Positions 55,008-64,000 of a DNA stretch of 64,000 bases are shown here, piece after piece (the first letter of the stretch is position 1; every line of letters starts with the position of its first letter). The DNA comes from Blasia pusilla (Eukaryota), in assembly GCA_050084515.1 (NCBI GenBank), contig CM114271.1:19964001-20028000 (forward strand), read 5' to 3'. Under the pieces are notes generated by a model. The model had not been told where the DNA came from. It saw nothing but the letters and a program-made list of their open reading frames with translations, and made no database searches. Position numbers and translations under genes: made by a program.

Positions 55008-55735
55008 TAAATCTATATCGACATCTTGCGTTCGTCGATAAAATGCAACATTAGTAGAATATAAGGGTATACTTAGGTACAAAAGAGAGATTTCAAGAGT
55101 CATCCATTAAAGTTCATATTGATCCAAAGGAGCCCTAAAATCAACTTCCATAAGGTGACTTCTAGCAATCCCAATGCCTTGAAAGTCCATCACACAAATG
55201 TGTAGATACACGCCCTATGATGTTCTTAAAATTTTATTTATTGCCTCCACAATTGGGTTTTTTTCTCTCACCATATAGGTTATCCATACGTGTTTATTCA
55301 TTACTTTCTCTCCCACCCCTCTCAAAAAGTTGAAAAGTGGTTTGCCTTCATGATCTCATGGAAACATATATGAAAGTAGGAAAGGCATTCCATATTCACA
55401 AGTGCATACCCAAGTTTAATTATTCATTCTCAATGAGTAATTTTATAGGTAGTAATAAAATTTCTCTAGTTTTCTATATATTTAAAAAATAATTTATTCC
55501 ACTTTCAATCAAATATATATGTGCACATCAAGAGGTGTTATTCCAAAAAATATAAAAATTTAAGATGCCTATTATATGGAGTATAAACTACCAATTTGAA
55601 TGAAAATGTGCTAATCAAAGTGTATAGAATTCTTTTTTTGGGTCATTTGTCATGCAATTTTTAATTACAATTAAGTTATCTATTTTACCACACTAGTGGA
55701 TGCATATACGATGCACGGTTTAATGATTGGTAGTT

Positions 55736-56985
55736 TAAATTATCTATCTAAATTATCATCATTAACGTAAAAGTATAAAAAATTGTGTGGGTAAGGAAGA
55801 AAATGCAAGTTTGGAACTGGATGAAGTTCCAATCACTAAGGAAATCTCAAAGGTGGGCCTACCACTCTCATTCCATGATTCACGACCCTATGTGCCTTTT
55901 CACGGAGGTCTGGTGCCACCTCCTTCGTGATCTGCTCATTCTCTCATGATAAGGGATATATTCCTCACTTTGTCTCTTGCCAGCTACGCCATCATGTCCT
56001 CATCTTCCGCATCTAGCTCCTCATGTATTCCGAAACTAAGTAGTCTTCCTCATGCTTGTTCGTCTTAGTGAGTCGCTGAATTTGACGCTCCTCCTTTTGA
56101 TATGCTCCCATTCTCGCTATCTGCTTCCTTCTGTATTCCGAAACCGAGTAGTCGTCCTCATGCTTGCTCGTCTTAGTGAGACGCTGAATATCACCGTCCT
56201 CCTTTTGCTATCTTCCAATCGTAGCTATTTGTTTTCCTTCCTGTACTCCGAAACAAAGTAGTAGTGAATCGCTCAATATCACCCTCCTCCTTTTGCTATG
56301 CTCCGATCCTCGCTATCCACTTCCTTCCTGTCTTCCGAAACAAAGTATCCGTCTTCCTATTCTTATCCTCGTGGTTGATTGGGTGGGGTGCCCTCTCTTT
56401 CTCTTTTAGTTCCGATTCCTCTGTTTCTCGTGTTTGGTTCCGATGCCACTGTTTGAATGCTCTCATTCGGAGTAAACTCCAACTCTGAGCACTCTTTCTA
56501 GAAGTCTTCTTCTCCAAATCGGTGCACCGAACCGTGTTCTTCTAAATTTCCCTTCGCGTTGAGTTGGAAAATAGTTTCTCAATTTAATTAGAAACGTGTC
56601 ATATCTGTGACCAGACTCGGAGCACGAGAGGAGAGAGAAGAGTTTGTCGAATATTTCCTCCCTCCCAAATGAAGACCTTAATCAAAGGAGAATAATGTAA
56701 GAATGATTACAAAATTATTTCTTACTTTCAAGAGTGCGGAGTCATGTCCAACCAAATCTCTAACGTTCGGGTCCCATCAAATATTTTTGAGGACTTTCCA
56801 ATACTCTATCGGAGATAGTTTCTATGGAAGTCCCTGCATACACTCAACACACGTTTTCGTCTCCAGCCAGGATCCAACGGTCATGTCCACCCAGAAATCA
56901 GCTAACAGTATATAAATTATCTATCTAAATTATCATCATTAACGTAAAAGTATAAAAAATTGTGTGGGTAAGGAAGAAAATGCAA
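55736..56985. repeat. Identical 73-bp direct repeats (55736-55808, 56913-56985) enclosing ~1.1 kb with ~108-bp tandem units
   Basis: taaattatctatctaaattatcatc...gtaaggaagaaaatgcaa occurs twice. Internal units start gtattccgaaac/gtactccgaaac/gtcttccgaaac at ~56025, 56134, 56243 and 56330. Confidence 0.88.
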
Positions 56986-59900
56986 TGATTCAACTAATTG
57001 GTAGGTGATCTCTTAAATCAGATCGAATGATCCTATTGGTTGACAAGGCCATGTTTCAAGAGGAGAGGTGGTAAAAAATCAAGAAGACATTCTCCAATGA
57101 TAATATAGATGTCATACAACCAAATTGTTGAAAAGTACAAATCAATCTCTAATTATAGTATACATATAAGAAATATAAATCGTACATCCATAATTCCATA
57201 TTACTCATTGTACCCACATGGAATTATAAATACATAGTTTTAACTTTTTTGGAAATTTCAAATAGAGAAATTATTTTCTTAATTTATATAAAATCTATTT
57301 TAAATATACTTTCTATAATTTGAATATCTGTATGTTATTGAAAATAATGACATTTGAAGATATATTTAATTTTTTGGGAATTTATGATACTAAGAAAATA
57401 TATTATTATTGTAGATAAGAATTCATGCATAGATAAAGAGAGCATAAAAATCATATCTTAACATATTTCTATCTTGATGTGTATGTAAGATATATCGTTA
57501 CCAACGTCCATGTGACACAAACTAGCGAATTATAGGCAAACTCAATGTAGGATTCCACAACATCACTCATATTGCGGATATACATATTGGCACTTCTTCC
57601 ATCCCAAAATTTGGTAACCAAAGTGTAAGTGAAACTAAAAAATGCAAGGCATAAAATGTGAGTTTTCTATTAAGCTAGTTAGGAGTGAAGTATGGTTGTA
57701 CAAAAATGACTATCATGACCAAAAAAAGTAAAAAAATTTAAGTTGAATGTATCGTGAATTTCTAGAGATGGGCGAGACTACACCAAGGTATGGAGTGTTC
57801 CCTAATTTCTAGTCCCTATTTTTTAAGTTCATGGTGACCTGCTACCTTGGAGGTGTTCTATACATATAGGCATTATTTCCTTACATGACTGGCACTCTTT
57901 TGAGGCATCGCCACTTACCATGTGTCATGCAATACATCATGTTACTGAATAGATGGTGATACCACTTGTGCCATTGAGGCATAGTGAGGTGTGTCACTAG
58001 AGAGGATGTCTTCTTTTGTAAGGCCTTTCCTTCCTATATGTGCATATCCACTCAATTCTTAGGTAGAGGAACTTATTTCATGGTATATGAGATTCAATAT
58101 ATCGTGAATTCCTTGTCCTTTAGGACATGTTATAGATGAGTAATATGTGCACACATATTACTATGGACTTTTCAAGAGAGATTATTCTCCTTATGAAGCC
58201 CGATATGGAGCTCACCCTTTAGATATTAGGCCGAGAGGTAGGCCGACTTCGTAATAAAGCCCATGATTGTTGATGTATTGGACCCATATTCTCCTGGGTA
58301 AGGGTGGGCTAGGGTTGAAATACAGGTCACACATTTATCTTTGTTATGTGTACTTTGTTATGTGTGATTAAGATATCTTTGTTGTAAGCATGGTGTGTAT
58401 GTTGAATTTATGTAAGTGATATTAGGAGTGAATGCTGAACTAGAACAATGGAAGGTATTTCCCTTCACAAAATTGATAGTTAGAGATTGGAACATTAGAT
58501 TCTTATCACAATTAGAGATTTATATTTAAAAGAGGAGGCACGTCATTAGGGTTTAGTTGATTTTTTTCACTTGGAAATATTTTTAAATTTTCAATCATAA
58601 TTTTAGAAAAATAATAATTTATATCTATTAGAATTTAATGGCCTTTCTTTCATTCTAAACTTTCTCCTTTTTAAAAAAAATTTTAGAAGTAATATTTTTA
58701 ATTTAAATTTATGTTAGAAAATGTGGATTTTAAAATAATGTAAAATTATTTTAAAATTTAGGAGAAAATAAACCAAAATTTTGATGAGAGAAAATGGACA
58801 TAAGAATATCCGGTGACAAAAAAGGACAATGAATATCCCGGAGGAAACAAATTGGGGAAATATTAGAACTCGACATCAACTAAAATCTGGTGGGACGAAA
58901 ATTGAAGTAAACTATGACCATTTCTACACTGTGCATCCACATTTATAGTCTTTGTAGTTATCTAGAAATATTGGTCTTCCCCTACTTGTTAATGTGTGTA
59001 GACAAGGATTTTTTTTCTACTATGAACCAACTTCTTAAAAAAAACAAAAATGAACATCCATGGATTTCCCTTCTCTAAATGAAATATTTACAATTTATAC
59101 TAGCTCTAATCGTAACCCATTGTCGCATCAACTTTGATGCCTTCAAGGACCCGATCCCATGCTACCGAGGTCGCCGGGACCCGGCCCAAGGATTCCGGAT
59201 CACCAAGATCTAACATATGGGACACACATACATTAATGGAACCCTCAATTAATGGAACCCTCACACTGCCAAGCCTATGCCACTTTGCCACCACCCATTT
59301 CCATGCATATTTTAATCAGCTAGGGGACCTGTTCTCCTATACATTAATTCATATACTTCATTTGCTTTGGTCTTTATGAAAGAATGTATCAAAGTGACCA
59401 AACTTGAGAATAAAATTAAATTAAAAAGTTATAGACCTCGACTTTTCATAAGTCAAATAATATCACCATTTCTTTCCAAAGAAGAAATTGGAGAAAGGGT
59501 AACATACCTTCAACGTTGACTTCTGGTAGTCCTCATTTATTGTTCTGGTCGTACAAGAGTAACGTCTACAAGAGATAACGATCATGGACACGTACGCTTG
59601 TCGTATGTAGTTCTTGTACGAGACGTTCTTAAACGTGGCGCACTGCCAAGCTCTGACTGTTCCCGGCGTTGACTAAGGAAATTCACGGCATTACTCGACT
59701 GTCCTCGTCATCGCGTCCTGAAGACGTGGCAGCGGGTCCGTTACCCACGTGGGAAACCATTCATTCCCCGGTTCCTATACCGTCTGGGCACCTCCGTCTC
59801 GCGACGGATTCCGTCCAAAGAGAAAGAAATAGAAATCGCGTTTTACATCCGGGTGGGTCCCATCAACGGTGTCAACTCATGGAAGCAGTCAACGGGATAC

Positions 59901-62900
59901 AGAACAACAGAAAGAAGCAGTATTTATGATGTCATTACAACATAAAATAAAAATACACATTACAATAAAATAATAATGATGATAATACTATTATCGGGAT
60001 AAGTGTAGAAAGCTAGGTGGTTTCACATATCTTCTTTGCATTCAGAATTTTTAATTAAATATTAATTTCGTTAAATATTTTCACTATAAAATTAGTTTTA
60101 CAATCTACTGCCCATTAGTTATTGTATTTATGGATCAGACTTAAATTATTATTTAATTAATTTTGAATGAAAAAATCATGTCTAGTTCAAACTCATAATT
60201 AGAGGAAAAGGGAATTTGAAGCAATTCATATGCGATGTCTAATTGCGTCTTAATTTATGCGGTGGGATTCGAGTGGTGATTTCAAATTTTTTACAAGAAA
60301 TCTGCACTCGAATGGTCCATTTTTAGGAATCTCTTGAGAGCATCTTTTGATTATCGGATTGAAGGTGTTGAATGAGGAGGAGTTTCAATTGGGTCGATGA
60401 TCCCATTTAGAAACTAGTTTTCATCACCCTTATGGAACATGACTCTTAGCAGATATTCAAGGAATTCCCAAGTTATTTCGTGAATCTCTTGTTTTTTCTT
60501 TCATGCGGTTGGGGAAATTATTTCGGCTTTACTCATGAAAGTAGCTAAGAGACTTTAATGTTGTAGGGCTCAATATGATGAGACATATTTTTTGCTAGAG
60601 AATGTGAATTCAAGGAACGATATCAATTGTGCAGAATAACACCAAACTCTACTTGCGATTTCATGTCTCCTACATATTCACAACAAGAAAGTTTGGTAGG
60701 TGCTTCCAAGTATGTTTTGCATATCTTCGGGTTGCGGGGCTGGAGAGCACGGGGGGAGATGTGGAGGGACTAGTCATTGGGGGTGAGGTGTGGGCATGGG
60801 CACACATACATGCCATAGGATCAAGTTAGTAGGGTTGCATGAAGTGGCTAGGGTTGAGTGCGGAATGTGGAAAAAATTTCCTCAATGGGAATTTTTTTCT
60901 CTAGGATTGAGAGAAGTTTACGCGTAATCTTGTTTTAGATCTAAGAGCACTTATAATAAGGGCTCTCTAAACCCACTCATAAAGTCCATGTTCGCAGATT
61001 TATGTCCTTCCCTAGGACAAGCATGTTAATGCGGGCTTGGATTCCCATGGCCTGCCGCGCCCGCAACATAAACTTGGGTTTGGCTAACTTGCATATGAGT
61101 CCAACGACCCATCGCCAGTTCTTGCCACCCATTTGCTAGACTACATCCATCCTGCATGGCCTGTATTAAGCCCATACTAGACCGCATAGGGCATGTGTCG
61201 TGTGGTCCTTGTCGTGCGCCCTTAATCCAAGCCCGAACCCGGGAGACAGACCCGTTTGGCATGTCTATGCACATGTTTGGACTGGTTTGGACGAGTCCAT
61301 TTTTGTACAACCTTGCTAAAACCCCCTTGCTATTTGTCATGACCACATTTTCCCATCCTCCCAATGGGGCCCCATCCCCTTAACACATTAGTTATTTTAT
61401 TAATACAAAAGTTATGATAATCACATTAATATTGTGAACTTAAGAATAGAAAATATTTTTTTATAAAAAAATACAAAAGAAATCAAAATACGAACACTAC
61501 CCAAAGAAAATCAAAGAAGGGAAACATGAGAGTAGACATGAGTTATAGCCTCACATGAGCCCAAATTTTTCCACTAGTGTGCATGGCTATTTAATACTCA
61601 TAATAAGTCTTGATTCAATTTTTTGCAACATAGTGAAAACTCTCCACTTTCTATATGAAAAAGAACAAAAAATTATATACTTACTCCCAATGGATAAAGT
61701 AAAACTATGGAGACCCCAAAAAAATTGTCTCGCTACACAACACCTAAATCAAAATTTAAAAAGATGTACGAATATATTTTTAATGAAAAATAAAACTACA
61801 TGCATGGACAAACGCGCCATTTAGGGTCATATATTCTTCTTGTGACATACTATTATAAGGCTACAAATAGATTTTATCAATGTAAATAAAATATAGAATG
61901 TAATGATTAAAGATATTGGAGTTGGAGCAACCTTTTAGCTTATATGCTTTAAGGTGGAACCTTTGATTGGTTTTCGGGGAATGTGCATTGCAACCCCAAC
62001 CTTTTTGTCACCATAAGTGCTTATATATGAGAATTTTCTACTTATGCCACCAAATAACAAGGATTTAGGGTTTAGGGTTTAGTGCCGTCTTTGTCCACAT
62101 GGCGCTTCAAATAACAAGCGCTTAAAACTCATAAGTCACTAGCCCCTTTTATGAATAGTTGGAGACTTGCAAAGGGAAATAGACAAATCACTTGTTTATT
62201 TATTAGTTTCGTGATGAGTTTCAACATTGGTAATGATGAGCTCTCTTCGAGAAGCCAAAGTGTTGGATGAATTCTTTGGTCCTTTTGGGATATTACTTTG
62301 CATTGGAAAGGGTGATAAAACCCCAATCCTGGCCATGTGGACAAGGATGAATTCTCTCATGCACTCAATCAACTAAGGCCTTTTCGCGTCTAAACGCATA
62401 ACCACAAAAGAAGTTACTCATTTACCTTATGATCGATGAATGAATTGTTTGTTTATGCATTTTTCAAAGGAAACTTGATTCGCTTCAATTTCCATGGCAA
62501 TCTAGAGCACTCGTTGATCAAAGAGGCCTTTTTCTGGTTGAAAAAATGTGAATTTTTTTCGATTCCTCAAAACTTGGAAAAAAAAAATAGTGACTAATGT
62601 CATAAATTAAAAAATTTGAATCATTCAAATCAAAGGGAGAATCATTGTATTCAACATTGTAAGAAAATGATCACATGAAAGGGGCCTTGTTCTTCCACAT
62701 TGCAACATTCTATGAAAGATTTCCATTTGAGTCATAAGGAAGCCCTTTGAGTAGTGCTAACATGATTACTTAAAGTCTTGGATTCTCAATTCCTATGAAA
62801 AAGGATAATAAAAATGTCTTATACTACCAAATAAGTACCTACTCAGGAATTTAGGCTTCTTATTAGTAATTTGGGATTATTGCAAAAAGTCTTCATCGTT

Positions 62901-64000
62901 AAGAGAAGATTTTGCCCTCTTTCACTTGACATAAAGTTTTACCATTCGAATTTGATCTCAACATACGTCTTTATTGATTTTAATTGGTTGAAATTCTAGA
63001 GCATTTTTTGTGAAACCTTATGTCTTAAATGGATGATTTCTTATTGATTGAGATTTTTCAATGAAAGTTATTTTAGAGAGATTGCATGTTTATTCTACAT
63101 TTTTCCATATATATATATGAAATGTCATCTATAAAGGAAAGAAGAAAAGAGAAGATAGAAAAAAGGAAAAAAACCAAATTGAATTTAGTCTACTTAATTC
63201 AAATTGAAAACTAGTGAAACCTCTTCGAGCTATGGAATTGACATCTAGAAATGTACCGGACGAAAATACTCATGATTGATTGTCAATAAATTGATTGGCT
63301 TTTCAATACTTTTACTTATATAACATTGCTACAACTACTTGTTGCAATGCCATATATACACGGGATAATAGCACACGACTGTTAGATTTTGGATAAAAGA
63401 AAGAAAGAAAGAAAGAAATATTATTATATTATATGTAAAGACAAAGGTTTCACATATGACAATCATTCATTTTTTTAACTTAGCAAAATATCCAAATGGA
63501 AACATTTAAGGAAAAATTTCCGTCATCACAATTGTCTCACCAAAAATATCCAACCATAATTTTTTTTCACATAAATCACTATTTTTGAAAATCTCCTTAA
63601 TTTGAAAAGAATAAGAGTAGAGTTTCTTCGCCCAGAAGTTTTTCCTAGAAAAAAAATCTTTCCTATACACTTACTAGGACTTTTCTCCAAACACATTGAC
63701 TGAAAAATGAAATGAAAAATATTTGGAGACTGAAAACTGGTCTCCAAATATTTTTCATTTCATATTCATGGGTCTTTTTATTTCATTATCATTTTTGTAA
63801 CTTCATCCCTTAGACCAATTGTTTTCCAGCAAGTGTGGGATATATTGATATTCCAATCCATGGCATCCCATTTTAATTACTCCCATGATGTGCACCACTA
63901 GTAAAAGAGATTGAAAACACAAAATACCGAACCAAAATACAAGACATAGAAATAAACAAAAGAAATTGAAAACACAAATTGACGCATAGAAATCGGGACC

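Noticed and set aside
56025-56347. Regularly spaced repeats resembling a CRISPR array
   Set aside because: Whole units are similar (tandem repeat, no unique spacers). Eukaryotic context, no cas genes.
62064-62082. Interstitial TTTAGGG repeats
   Set aside because: Under three units. Common telo-box-like motif, not linked to the CRE element.

Overview
Eukaryotic nuclear DNA from a non-seed land plant, probably a liverwort or other bryophyte-grade lineage (inferred from the LEAFY sequence and TE types; not proven). 1-25.5 kb is a nested, decayed TE cluster. It holds pieces of Ty3/gypsy LTR retrotransposons with the unusual domain order Gag-protease-DNMT3-like C5 cytosine methyltransferase-RT-RNaseH-integrase-PHD finger. 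The pieces can be reassembled into two elements, one nested in the other and later broken by a ~10.6 kb inversion. The cluster also holds copies of a CRE-type (restriction-endonuclease-like) non-LTR retrotransposon. Two intact host genes follow on the + strand: TIC110 (15 exons, 26828-34188) and LEAFY (3 exons, 40194-46770, type I DNA-binding residues, N-terminal MDPR repeats). 47-64 kb is intergenic, with Helitron-like remnants, small repeats and unexplained CpG-rich patches. The main finding is a retrotransposon family carrying both its own DNA methyltransferase and a histone-reader domain in a land plant.
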